From the NCBI GenBank assembly GCA_963695345.1, contig OY968769.1:1696001-1760000 (forward strand): a stretch of DNA of 64,000 nt, written 5' to 3'. The notes beneath the pieces were generated by a model. That model ran no database searches. It was given only the letters and a program-made list of their open reading frames with translations, and was not told the DNA's origin. Position 1 is the stretch's first letter. Each line of letters opens with the position of its first letter. A program made the translations under genes and the position numbers. Positions 40,615 through 51,910 of this stretch are shown here, piece by piece. The stretch is from an uncultured Methanomassiliicoccales archaeon (lineage in GTDB: Archaea > Thermoplasmatota > Thermoplasmata > Methanomassiliicoccales > UBA472).

Positions 40615-42064
40615 TCAAGGGACAAAGATGAAATTCTTGAATTGCCACATATCATCGTCCGGGAGGGTGGCGAGGTTTTCCTTGAAATAGATCTTCCGGT
40701 TTTTGAGCGGATTCCAATCCGATGGCACTGAAATGAACTTGCCCAGGTAGGGCTTGGCTATCTTCAGGACGTAGTCATGGGGCAGGTCTTCGGGGGTGCA
40801 CAAGCCCTCGCGCGGGTGCTCTATCATCCACATGATCGCGGAGACGACACCTATGGCCACCTGCACCGTGGTCGCGTTCTGTCCCGGAGCGAGCTTCCTC
40901 GCCTCCTCGATGGACAGGATGCTCCCGCACCACCATGCTCCGTATTCGTGGCCCATCAGCAGGGCTCCGAGCATATCGGCCCCGGCGACTATCTCCTTCT
41001 CCCTCAGGATCCTGAGCTTCGGCTGCATCTCATAGTTCCTGCACCTCAGCTCATGCAGCGAGACGATGGTCTCATCGCATGGCATGTAGGAATAGCAGAC
41101 CGTCGGGCGGTAGACGACCTCGCCGTTCTTCAGCACCGTGAACTTGTCCGACAGCCCGAAGGCTTCCCCGTGCCTTATGGCCATCCCGACTATCTCGCAA
41201 TCGGGGACCCAGGACCTCACCCAGGTGTTCATCCCCATCTGGGCCAGCATGATCTGGTTCCTCGGCCCGGTGGACGGCACGAACGCCATCGGCGGCAACG
41301 TGGTCTCGTGAGTCCCCCAGCCGATCTCCGCCGGAGCGGTGCCCTCTTCCCTCAGGCCTTCTATGCTCCAGGTCCCGACGAACTCGTCCACTTTTTTCGG
41401 GTTGTTGGTGATCTGGGTATCCCTCTCCGAGCAATGGATGACCTTGACGTCCAAGGCCATCGACAGTTCGGCGAAATTCCGTTCCCTCACCAGGCTTCTG
41501 AGGTGCTCTGCTCCTTCGCCGCCTACTTTATTTTCGGCGATCAGACTCTCGGAAATGTCGATGAGGGCTTGTTTCACGAAGTGGGATATCAGACCTGGAT
41601 TGGCACCATGGTCTATGACCGAGGTCACTCCGACACCCCAGCCCCTGGTCATTTCCCGCAGGTGTATCTGTCTGCTGTAGAGCGATTTCTCGACCGGACC
41701 TTTGGATTCTATCTCGCGCGACGGAATCCCAGACCTCCAGCGACGTGTTCACGAACAGCACATCGTGCTCATGACACCACTTCAGTAGCGTGCACGTGTC
41801 CAGGTTCCAGGAGAGGTCGATGAGGAGCCCGCCGGGCGACAGATGTTCCGAAAGGACTGAGTCGATGTTGTCTGGAGTTATCCTCAGCTGTTGATATCCG
41901 ATGCCCTGGCTGGTCCATTCCATCAAAGCGGAGACCTTGTTCTCGAAGTCAATCACGGTGATGTTGCCTAAAGGTATCCTTACATGCTCCAAAAGGATGG
42001 GAAGGGTACATCTCGCTACGGAACCGTATCCAATTATCAGCACCTTGCCGTCGAATTTCATCAT
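40615..42064 (-). CDS. hss: Homospermidine synthase (frameshift near 41700)
   Basis: IIGYGSV, HGANPGLISHFVKQAL, IHCSERDTQ, TWSIEGL.EEG..PAE.GWGTHE, QNATT.QV and WQFKNF. Confidence 0.9.
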
Positions 42065-42435
42065 CGGAAATAATCCTCTTTGATCATTGAGAACTCAACG
42101 TTGAATACTTCACAAATATATAAAATCAAAAGACGGGGCGCTTCCCCAGACAGAACCTGGACCATCAGTGGAAATGGATATGCTGGACAGCTCGTGATAC
42201 GATTCATTTCCTCCAATCGTTTCCTTCAATCAGGTTATGATTGTCCTTACGTCCGGGTGGCAGGAATGAAAGGGATTCCTCTACTGAAATTCTCTCCGAG
42301 AGACTTAGGGATCAAGGAACACCTCCCGGTCCGGTTATGGAGGAAGAAAAATTAAGAATCCGCACGGGGATTGAACAATTGAAGGCCGAGCGACAATCGA
42401 TCGCATCAGAAAATGTCTCAGGCGAACATGAACGA

Positions 42436-42831
42436 TCACCTGGTCGCCTTTACGTTCCCCATGTCATCGTAGACAAAACCGGTGAAATGAAAATCCTTGC
42501 CCGACCGCTTCCTGACCTCTGCCACTATGGTCGTGTAGATCGCAGCCGCCATGTCCCGGGGGAACCTCGACTCGGGGAACATGATCCCCAGTATCGGGAC
42601 GCTGTCCACCACCGCCGCGTAGTCCTCCAGGTTCTCCACTCTTCCAGCCGTGTGTTCCGATTCGATGAACTCCATCGAGCTGATCGCGCCGGCAGAACTT
42701 ATTCTGACGACCCCCCGTTCACCGGAATCGTCGACCACGCACTCACAGACCGCGCCAGGGTCCTTTTTCAGGACCTGAGCGATCCGGTGCTGCCCGACCA
42801 TTCCCATAAGGGCTCTCGTCTCCTGCCTCAT
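42436..42831 (-). CDS. Hypothetical protein downstream of cheD
   Basis: 131-aa ORF with protein-like composition; family not recognised. Confidence 0.6.
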   Translation of the reverse strand: MRQETRALMGMVGQHRIAQVLKKDPGAVCECVVDDSGERGVVRISSAGAISSMEFIESEHTAGRVENLEDYAAVVDSVPILGIMFPESRFPRDMAAAIYTTIVAEVRKRSGKDFHFTGFVYDDMGNVKATR

Positions 42832-42889
42832 CGGGGACGATAATGGATGGCAATATGTTTATCCTTTCGTGTTGAAAAATAATTGCGGA

Positions 42890-43453
42890 TCAGAGATGGG
42901 TGATCTCTGACCCCTTCTGGATCCTCATGACCCCGTCCTTCGGGGTGAAGAAGACGGTCCTTCCCTTGTTGCCTCCGGTCTCTTCGCCCAGCAACGGGAT
43001 CTTCTCCTTCCGCAAAGCCGTCTTGGCCGACTCCGTGTTCCTCTGACCGATGTTCAGCGTGTCGTTGTTGGAGAAGGAGAACATCTGCGCCCCACCGGCG
43101 ATCTTGGCCTTCAGGTTGGAGCGGCTGGCTCCCATGTCCACCATCTCGTCCACCATCAGGAATGTCGCCGAATCGGCATACTTCGATGCGTTGACCTTGT
43201 CCTTGCCCTCGTCGTAGGAGGGGAGCATCGCGTGTGCCACACCGCCGATCTCGACCCGGCTGTCCCATATGGCGATCCCCACGCATGAGCCTAGGCCGAT
43301 GCACATCAGCTCCAGCGGGGAGGAAACGATCTTATACTCCCCCACCCCGACGATGAGTTCCTTGTCCAGGTAGTTGACCTTCGGCCTGACCACAGCCACC
43401 GGTGTCTGTAGGGTGCCGATCGCTACCCGCTCGCAGCTCTTGACGGACTCCAT
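42890..43453 (-). CDS. cheD: Chemoreceptor glutamine deamidase
   Basis: GLGSCVG, AHAMLP, KYAD, KIAGGA.MF and IGQRN. Confidence 0.95.
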   Translation of the reverse strand: MESVKSCERVAIGTLQTPVAVVRPKVNYLDKELIVGVGEYKIVSSPLELMCIGLGSCVGIAIWDSRVEIGGVAHAMLPSYDEGKDKVNASKYADSATFLMVDEMVDMGASRSNLKAKIAGGAQMFSFSNNDTLNIGQRNTESAKTALRKEKIPLLGEETGGNKGRTVFFTPKDGVMRIQKGSEITHL

Positions 43454-43457
43454 CAGA

Positions 43458-44087
43458 TCACTGGATTCCAAACTTTTCCATCAGGAGCTTTTCGGTCTCT
43501 CGGTCTGGTATGTATATGAAGTATCCGGGGAATCTCTGTTTGTCAGTGACGAAATGTGTCTTGATTATCACCAGGTAGTCATAGTCTTCGGAAGCCATCG
43601 TGGCTGGATACTGGAGCACCGCTCCTAGCATGCCTACGGCGAAACCGGGCGGGGACGGGAGCATGGTCACCCCCAGCAGGTTCGAGATCGCGTTCAGGTA
43701 GGCGGAACCGCAAATGTTGCCAATCTCCGATATGGCATCCTTGTCCTCCTCGGATATCTCCCTCGTAGGATCGTGATTTCTCCAAAGGAGCATGTCGGTC
43801 ATCTTCCTGGCGATCTCCTCGGTCAGTATCAGCAGCATGCTGCCCTTGCCCTTCCCGTAGGCGTCCAGATAGACGGCCACAACGGTCTGTTCGGCATCGC
43901 CGAGGACGTACGGGGCTTCCAGAGTCTTGCAAATAAAGCATTCCGGCACATCCACCAGGATGTCCTGGTTCAGCAGGGTGGTCAGCGCCGTGGAGGCATG
44001 TGAGGCACCTATGTTGCCGACCTCTCGCAAAGCGTCGATCTGGTCTGGTGTGTATGTTGGTTGAAAGTCAGTACTACAATTGTCCAT
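43458..44087 (-). CDS. cheC: CheY-P phosphatase CheC
   Basis: DALREVGNIGA, DAISEIGNI and PSPP. Confidence 0.92.
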   Translation of the reverse strand: MDNCSTDFQPTYTPDQIDALREVGNIGASHASTALTTLLNQDILVDVPECFICKTLEAPYVLGDAEQTVVAVYLDAYGKGKGSMLLILTEEIARKMTDMLLWRNHDPTREISEEDKDAISEIGNICGSAYLNAISNLLGVTMLPSPPGFAVGMLGAVLQYPATMASEDYDYLVIIKTHFVTDKQRFPGYFIYIPDRETEKLLMEKFGIQ

Positions 44088-44099
44088 TTATTCACCCGT

Positions 44100-44756
44100 T
44101 CAAACCCCGAATTTCGCGTACATAGCCGATTGCGACTCCGTGTCAACCCCGAACTTCTTGAACGTCAGGTCCTGCGTGGCTTCATCTGGCAGGAACATTA
44201 TCGTACCGTGGTATTTCTTGGCCCGATCTACATAATCGGTCATGATCCTGATCTCATAGGGTGCGTTCAGTCCCAACACCGAATTGGCCTTGGCGGCCGA
44301 CGCTCCCACATATTGGATATGCACGACCGGCGCGGACGGCATCGGCGAGATCTTCAGGAATTTCGATATCGGTGCCAGGTACTCCCTGATGCAGACATCC
44401 CCCATCTCGGTCAGGACCTCCTTGTCCTCTTCGGTGGGCATCCTGCCCGGGGGGTTCTGTGTCCCCATCATCAGGTCCGACAGCATCGTCGCGATGCCCA
44501 TCGGAAGGATCATCAGGACCCGGCTTCCCTTGGCGGTGGCGACATCGATGCATATGGTGGCCACTATGTCCTTCGGCTGGCCGAAGCGGCTGAGGTGCTT
44601 GTCCATAGGTTCCAGGTAACACTCGGTAACGTCGATCAACACCTCTTTCTTGACCAGGTTGGTCAATGCCCCGCAGGCATAGGAGGCCCCTACATTGCCA
44701 ATTTCCCGCAGCGCGTCGATCTGCAGCTCGTCCAGGCTCTCTGTCCTTTTGCTCAA
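44100..44756 (-). CDS. cheC: Second CheC paralogue (second active site degenerate)
   Basis: DALREIGNVGA; second site reads EMGDV instead of ExxN. Confidence 0.88.
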   Translation of the reverse strand: MSKRTESLDELQIDALREIGNVGASYACGALTNLVKKEVLIDVTECYLEPMDKHLSRFGQPKDIVATICIDVATAKGSRVLMILPMGIATMLSDLMMGTQNPPGRMPTEEDKEVLTEMGDVCIREYLAPISKFLKISPMPSAPVVHIQYVGASAAKANSVLGLNAPYEIRIMTDYVDRAKKYHGTIMFLPDEATQDLTFKKFGVDTESQSAMYAKFGV

Positions 44757-46727
44757 ATGAATGCCCCCACGTCAAGTATCATTGCTACCTTACCATCGCC
44801 TAGTATCGTCGCCCCGGAGAAGAATCCCGCCGACCTCAGGTCGCGTCCCAGGTTCTTCACCACTATCTCCTGCTGCCCGATCAGTCTGGTCACCAGCAGG
44901 CAGGCGGAATTCTCGTTCTTTTCGACGATGATCGCTGGCATGTCCTTATGCTCCGTGACCATTCCGCCGAACTCCGAGTGTATGTTCAGCACCGGCAGGA
45001 CCTCGTCCCTCAGCCGGAACACTCCCTGGTGTGCCACCTCGATGACCTGGTCCATGTTGACCCGGACCGTCTCCCGGACGTTCTCGAGCGGTATGGCGTA
45101 CTTCTCGTTATTGACCTCGACCAGCATCGCCCTGATGATGGACATGCTTGGAGGCAGCTTGAGCGTGAACTTGGTGCCCTTTCCGACCTGTGTGTCCATC
45201 TTCACGAACCCGCCCAGGCCCTCGATCTTGGTCTTGACCACGTCCAGTCCGACGCCCCTTCCGGAAATGTCCGATACCTTTTCGGCGGTCGAGAAGCCGG
45301 GGAGGAACACGAAGGAAAGGATCTTCTTCTCCTCCATGCGTTCGACATCCTCCTGGGAGACGAGGCCTTTCTGCACCGCCTTCTTGGCGATCTTCGCCGG
45401 GTCCATCCCGCGACCGTCGTCCTCGACCGTGATGACAATGCTGCTCTGTTCCCGGAACGCGGACAGGACCAATGTCCCTTTGGCCGGTTTGCCGTTGGTC
45501 TTGCGCTGTTCCTCCGGCTCGATCCCGTGGTCGACAGCGTTGCGCAGCAGGTGCACGAGGGCGTCCCCGATCTCGTCCAGGAGACTTCGGTCTATCTCTA
45601 TGTCGTTCCCCTTCATGGTGAACTCGACGTCCTTCTTGCTCTCCTCGCTGACGTCCCTGACCATGCGCGGGAAGCGCTTGAATATGAAATCCACCGGCAC
45701 CATCCTCGTCCGGAGAACGATGTCCTGCATCTCGGTCATCAGCCGGGAGTTGTTCTGCAGCGTCTGCTTGAGCTCCCGGTGCTTCAGGTCGGTGGCGATC
45801 TGGTTGATCCGGATGTTGTTGATCATGATCTCGCCCACCAGGTCCAGCAGCTGGTCCAGCAGCTTGCTCTTCACCCTGATGGTGTTACCGGTATTGAGAC
45901 GACTTTTCCGATGAGGAGCCCTCCGAGGTCCTTGTTGCCTCGCAGGTGTCCTGGGTGACCGCGGTGATGCTCTCCTCTTCCTTGAAGCCCATGAGCATCT
46001 CGGTGTCGACCTGCTCCATTCCGATGACGTCCTTGGCCGCGATGGCGATGGCCTCCGCGTTCTCCTGGGTCGCCAGCACCAAGGTCATGCCGTCGTCATC
46101 TTCCTTGACCTCGGTGGCCAGAGGCTTGGATGTGATCAGGGTGCCCATCTGTGACATGCGACGGACGAGCTGGAAGGCCCTGCCCTCCTTGAACTTCAGG
46201 TTCTTCTCATAGGTCACGACTATCTCGTAGACCAGTTTACCGCTGCCGATGGCGTCGTTGACCTGCTTCTTCTGCTCGGTGGAAAGGGGCAGGTTACCTC
46301 CCTGCTCCTCCTTCTGCTCTTCCTTGACCGCGCCGGGCTTTGACGCCAGGTCCTGGAACTTCTTCATCTCGGCGATCAGGCCGTCGACCTTGATGTCGGT
46401 GGTCCCGTCCTTTTCCAGCTGCACGATCATCTTTTCTATCGTGTCCGCCCCCCGGAAGAGCAGGTTGAGCAGTTTCTTCTCCGGTGTCTTCTTCTGCTCG
46501 ACGAGAATGCCGAAGAGGTCCTCCATTACGTGGGCAAGTTCGCTTATGGACTCGATGCCGATCACTGCCGCCGTGCCCTTGATGGTGTGCACGACCCGGT
46601 AGGCGACCTTCATCGATTCCTCGCTGAAGCCCTTCTCCTCCAGCTCTAGAAGGACATTGTTCACTCCCTGTAGGTTCTCCCGGGCCTCCTCGATGAACAC
46701 GTCCAGATACTTTGATTTGTCAACCAT
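44753..46727 (-). CDS. cheA: Chemotaxis histidine kinase (frameshift near 45890-45950)
   Basis: Hpt HTIKG, P2, LDQLLDLVGEI, HLLRNAVDHGIE, GRGVGLDVV and CheW-like P5. Confidence 0.95.
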
Positions 46728-46738
46728 TAGACTATCCC

Positions 46739-47770
46739 CTAGTCCTTCAATGCGATCATGATGTGGTCTGCTATGTCCTCCAGCGGAACGACCATATCCG
46801 CTGCGTGGGAGTCGACCACTGCCTTAGGCATGCCGTAGACGACGCACGAGGCCTCGTCCTGCACTATGGTCCTGCCTCCGAAATCCTTTATCATCTTCAT
46901 CCCCTCTGCCCCGTCGTAGCCCATTCCAGTCAGCACAACGCCTACGATCTTCTTGCCGTAGATCGGTGCCGCTGTCTTCATCATCACGTCGACCGCTGGG
47001 CGGACGAAATGTATCTTGGGGTCCTCGTTCAAATGCACATGGTTGCCGACGACCTCCATGTGGTGGTTGCCAGGCGCGATGAGCACGTGGCCACGCTTCA
47101 GTTCGTCCCCCTCCTCCGCCTCCTTGACGTCCAGGGACGATGTCCAGTTCAGCCGTTCCGCGAAAGATTTGGTGAAACCTTCCGGCATGTGCTGAACCAC
47201 CAGTATCGCTGCCGGGATGTCCCCGGGAAGACGCGACAGAACCTCGGGCAGAGCCTTCGGACCGCCGGTCGAGGAACCGATCAGCACCAGCTGGTCTCCC
47301 TTGACACCCCTCACATGATGGTCCATTATGTTGTGGACGGGGGCGTTGGCCTTTACCTTCACCTTGCTCGCTATCTTGATCGTCTCGATGATCGTCTTAG
47401 CCACTTTGTCTATGTCGAGAGAGAGCGATCCAGATGTCTTCGGTATGAAATCGATGGCCCCGAGCTCGAGCGCCTTCATGGTGATGTCCGCCTGTTTCTT
47501 GTCGGCGGAGCTGATCATGATGACTGGACATGGCGAGTCCCTCATGATATGCTTCAGCGCGGTGATGCCGTCCATCTCGGGCATCTCGATGTCCATGGTA
47601 ACCACGTCCGGGGCAAGCTCTCGTATCTTCTGTAGGGCTTCCCTCCCGTTCCTGGCCGTACCTACGACAACGATGCCCTGGTCCTCCTGGAACAGGTCCG
47701 TGAGGATCTTGCGCATCACCAGCGAATCGTCAACCACCAGCACTCTGATTGGTCCATCCATTTTTTTCAC
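46739..47770 (-). CDS. cheB: Chemotaxis methylesterase response regulator
   Basis: REC domain plus GSSTGGP, QHMP and LTGMG.DG. Confidence 0.96.
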   Translation of the reverse strand: MKKMDGPIRVLVVDDSLVMRKILTDLFQEDQGIVVVGTARNGREALQKIRELAPDVVTMDIEMPEMDGITALKHIMRDSPCPVIMISSADKKQADITMKALELGAIDFIPKTSGSLSLDIDKVAKTIIETIKIASKVKVKANAPVHNIMDHHVRGVKGDQLVLIGSSTGGPKALPEVLSRLPGDIPAAILVVQHMPEGFTKSFAERLNWTSSLDVKEAEEGDELKRGHVLIAPGNHHMEVVGNHVHLNEDPKIHFVRPAVDVMMKTAAPIYGKKIVGVVLTGMGYDGAEGMKMIKDFGGRTIVQDEASCVVYGMPKAVVDSHAADMVVPLEDIADHIMIALKD

Positions 47771-47773
47771 ATC

Positions 47774-48142
47774 TCATCCGATTGTCTTGGCCGCCGCTTC
47801 CAGCAGGGCTGATTCGTCGAACGGTTTGACCACGAACTCCCGGGCCCCGTTCTCCATGGCCTGGAGCACCAGGTTCTTCTGGCTCAGACCGGTGACCATC
47901 ATGATCCTGGCCTTGGAATCGAGGGTCACGATCTTCTTGACGATCTCCACCCCCGGCTCGCCCGGCATGATGATGTCCATCGTCACCAGGTCTGGTTGTA
48001 GTTTGGAGTAGAGTTCGACGGCCTCGGCCCCGTTCTTCGCCTGCCCGACCACACTGAACCCGTTCCGGGACAGTATGTCGTTGATCATCTTCCTCATGAC
48101 GATCGAGTCGTCACAGATCAGAACCTTCTTTGGGTCGCTCAT
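47774..48142 (-). CDS. cheY: Chemotaxis response regulator
   Basis: ICDDS, MDIIMP and KPF; Firmicute/archaeal type. Confidence 0.93.
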   Translation of the reverse strand: MSDPKKVLICDDSIVMRKMINDILSRNGFSVVGQAKNGAEAVELYSKLQPDLVTMDIIMPGEPGVEIVKKIVTLDSKARIMMVTGLSQKNLVLQAMENGAREFVVKPFDESALLEAAAKTIG

Positions 48143-48672
48143 ACTGATATCTCTCCTTTCTTCTCTTCCTTGATCTTAAACACGTTCTCCATCTCTTCCT
48201 TGGATAGCATGATCTTGTTCAGATCGAGCAGCATTACCAGTTTGTCCTGCAGCTTGCATATGCCGGTGAGCAGTTCCGTGTCCATGGCGGAAGCCAGCGT
48301 CTTGGGCGGAGGTGAGATGCTGTTCTTGGGCACTCTCATCACATCCTCGACCGAATCCACGATTATTCCGATCTGGTTGTCGCCTACCTCAGCCACGATG
48401 ATACGCGATTGGGCTGTCCTTCCACCTACCCCATCGTCGATGTTGAACCTCTTCCGGAGGTCGATCACGGTGGTGATCTGACCCCTCAGGTTCATGACTC
48501 CCTCGATGTAGTCCGGCATCTTGGGGATCTTGGTGATGTCCTGGACCTTCCCGATCTCTCTGACCTGATTGACACTCACGGCGAAGGTGCTCTTTCCCAG
48601 TTGGAATGACACGATCTGTTCCTCATCGCCGGTGAGCTCGACCTTCTCTCTTCTCCTGCGCATGTTAGACAC
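48139..48672 (-). CDS. cheW: Chemotaxis coupling protein
   Basis: GVMNLRGQI..VIDL and GIIVDSV. Confidence 0.95.
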   Translation of the reverse strand: MSNMRRRREKVELTGDEEQIVSFQLGKSTFAVSVNQVREIGKVQDITKIPKMPDYIEGVMNLRGQITTVIDLRKRFNIDDGVGGRTAQSRIIVAEVGDNQIGIIVDSVEDVMRVPKNSISPPPKTLASAMDTELLTGICKLQDKLVMLLDLNKIMLSKEEMENVFKIKEEKKGEISV

Positions 48673-48673
48673 C

Positions 48674-51600
48674 TCAGTTCTCTGCCTCTATCCCTCTCTT
48701 GCGGAGGGCCTCTTTGACCTTGGTCGGCATCCTGGCATCGTCAGTCCCTGTCATGTTGGCAGGTGCCTTCTTGGTCACTGCTTTCTTAGGGGCGGCCGTC
48801 TTCGGCGCCTCTGCCTTTCTTTGTACCGGTGCGACCACCGCACCGATGTTGAATTGTCCCGCGATCTTCTGCAGGTTGACGGACATCTCCGACAGCGCCT
48901 GGGCCCTGGCGGTCATGTCCTCCATGCTGGCGGTCAGCTCTTCGGTCGAAGCGGCCGATTCCTCGGCGGACGACGCGGTCTCCTCCGCGATGCTGGCGAT
49001 GCCGTCCACCGACTTCGCCGCCCGCTGGGTCCCTTCCTTCTGCGAGTTCATCAGGTTCGATATCTCAATGACCCCGGCGGTGGTGGTGGCGGCCAGTCCC
49101 TGGATGTCACCGAACGCCTTGCCGGTCATTTCCACGAATTGCATTCCTTCCGCGGTCTCCTTGGTGCCGCGGTGCATGGCTTCAACGGCCTTGGCGGTCT
49201 CGCTCTGGACCTCCTTGATCATCTTGGCGATGCGCTCGGCAGCCTCTCTCGAGTCCTCGGCCAGGTTCTTGACCTCTTCGGCGACGACGGCGAAACCGCG
49301 TCCCTGGTCCCCGGCCCTGGCGGCCTCGATGGCGGCGTTAAGTGCCAGCAGGTTCGTCTGGTCAGAGATGTTGGTGATGACGTCGACGATCTCGCCGATC
49401 TCCTCGGACCTCTTGCCGAGCGATTCGATGACCTTGGCGCTCTCGACGACGACCTTCTGGATCTCCTGCATCTTCTTGATCGTCGATTCGACGGTCCCCT
49501 TTCCGGCATTGGCGCTGTCGTTGGCCTTCTTTGCCGCCTCTGACGCCGCCATCGATTGGGTGTAGGCTTCCTGGACCGACGTCGAGATCTCCTTCATGGC
49601 CTTGGCCGTCTCGTCGACCTGCGAGGCCTGGCTCTGGGCGCCCTTGGATATCTGTTGGATGGCCGAGGACACCTGTTCGGTCGAGGCATTCATCTCCTCT
49701 GCCGAGGATGCCAGCTCCTGCGATGTCGATGAGACCATGCCGACCGAGTTGTTGACCTCGACCAGCAGCGCTGTAAGGCTCTCCCCGATCGCGTCCAGCG
49801 AGGCGGCGAACTTGGAGAAGTCTCCCTGGGTCTCGATCTCGACCCGGGTCGTCAGGTCCCCGTCCGGCGTAGGAATCGGCGATGCGCATCGCTTCCTCGA
49901 TCGGTCCGATGACCGCGTCCAGCGTGTCATTGACACCCTGAACGATCTTGCGGTAGTCGCCCTGATGCTTGCTCGCGTCAGCCCTGGTGGATAGTTTCCC
50001 TTCCACCGCCGCCTTGCTCAGCATTCCAGCGTCGGCTACCAACGCATTGACCGCATCGATCGCCTGGTTCAGGTTGTTCTTGATGTTGTTGAAATCGCCA
50101 TTGTACGAGTCGGTGATCTTCGCCGGGATCGCTCCCTTCGAGATCTCATCGACGTACTTCGCTGCCACGTTCAACGGTCCGATGACCGCATCCAGCGTGT
50201 CATTGACACCCTGAACGATCCTCTTGTAGTCTCCATGGTGCTTAGTGGCATCGGCCCTGGTGGATAATTTCCCTTCCACCGCCGCCTTGCTTAGCATGCC
50301 AGCATCGGCGACAAGCGCATTCACCGCATCGATCGCCTGGTTCAGGTTGTTCTTGATGACATTGAAGTCACCGTTATATGTGTCAGTGATCTTCGCCGGG
50401 ATCGCTCCCTTCGAGATCTCATCGACGTACTTCGCTGCCACGTTCAACGGTCCGATGACCGCATCCAGCGTGTCATTGACACCCTGAACGATCTTCTTGT
50501 AATCTCCCTGGTGCTTGGAAGCATCGGCGCGGGTCGCCAACTTGCCTTCGACGGCCGCCTTCCTCAGCATTCCAGCATCGGCGACAAGCGCATTGACCGC
50601 GTCGATCGCCTGGTTCAGGTTGTTCTTGATGTTGTTGAAATCGCCATTGTAGTGTCGGTGATCTTCGCCGGGATCGCTCCCTTCGAGATCTCATCGACGT
50701 ACTTCGCTGCCACGTTCAACGGTCCGATGACCGCGTCCAGCGTGTCATTGACACCCTGAACGATCTTGCGGTAGTCGCCCTGATGCTTGCTCGCGTCAGC
50801 CCTGGTGGATAGTTTCCCTTCCACCGCCGCCTTGCTCAGCATTCCAGCATCAGCAACGAGGTTGTTGACGGCGTCGATCGCCTGGTTCAGGTTGATCTTG
50901 ATGGTGTTGAAATCGCCGTTGTAGTTGTCGGTGATCTTCGCCGGGATCGCTCCCTTCGAGATCTCATCGACGTACTTCGCTGCCACGTTCAACGGTCCGA
51001 TGACCGCGTCCAGCGTGTCATTGACACCCTGAACGATCTTCTTGTAATCTCCCTGGTGCTTGGAGGCATCGGCGCGTGTGGCCAATTTGCCCGCGACCGC
51101 CGCCTTGCTTAGCATGCCCGCATCAGCTACTAGTCCTCTTATGGCATCTCTTGCTTGAACGAGGGAGGCATTGATCGGCACATACATCTCGTGGAGATCC
51201 TGGGTGTACTGGTCCGCATCCTTCAAGAGAGGTTCGAATGCCAAATCTCCTCTGGCCAACTCGATCAGATTAGCCTTATGGTGCTCTAACCATTCCGTAC
51301 GGTAGGCCAGACCACGGGCAGATGCGGTGACGTCTTGTACGATCTCGATGTGACCCATCTTGTCGCCCTTGGAGTCCTTGAGGTAGGCTATGTCCACTTG
51401 GAAGTTCATGTTAGCCTGCTCGAAGAACGTCCTCGGCTTTCCTGACTTAAGGCAAGCGATACCGCAGTTGTCGGTCTTGCATATGCCAGCTCCCCAGTTG
51501 CTGCAATGCTTGCCCATCATGTCAGCACGCTTAACGCCGAGCATCGTCTCGACGGGCTTATTTATGAACAACCACCTCATTTCATTGTCCGTGACTGATA

Positions 51601-51697
51601 GGGGCCACGGTAGTGAGTCAAGTACCTGCTCGTAAAGGAAGACTCTGGTCTCAAGCTCTTTTATCGTCTTTTCCATTGCATTAATTTCCATTGTCAC
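48674..51697 (-). CDS. Soluble MCP: Cys-rich PAS, poly-HAMP and signalling domain (indels near 49860 and 50650)
   Basis: [17 protein letters not shown]; three ORFs join into one receptor; no TM. Confidence 0.9.
49900..51125. repeat. 273-bp (91 aa, double-HAMP) near-identical tandem repeats; further copies at ~56230-56880
   Basis: GATCTTCGCCGGGATCGCTCCCTTCGAGATCTC recurs near 50115, 50388, 50660, 50933, 56431 and 56705. Confidence 0.92.
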
Positions 51698-51910
51698 GAC
51701 AACTCAACTCACATTGATGCTGACGACAGGCATTAGCCCTGAATGGCATTGCCTTGTTTCAGTGATATGATTCCAAAAACTCCCCTTACCCTAATAAAGG
51801 GCAAACAGATGGCAATCAGCCATGATAATCATTCGAGAAAGGCAAGGTTAGTTTGCGTACGCAAGAAAAGTTGAAAAATTGAAGGGGTTTGGAAACATAT
51901 CGAGAAAGGA

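Noticed and set aside
44061-45914. 617-aa plus-strand ORF and similar long antisense ORFs (16133-17500, 48569-49565, 52087-52875, 55151-55975)
   Set aside because: Shadows of GC3-rich genes on the opposite strand
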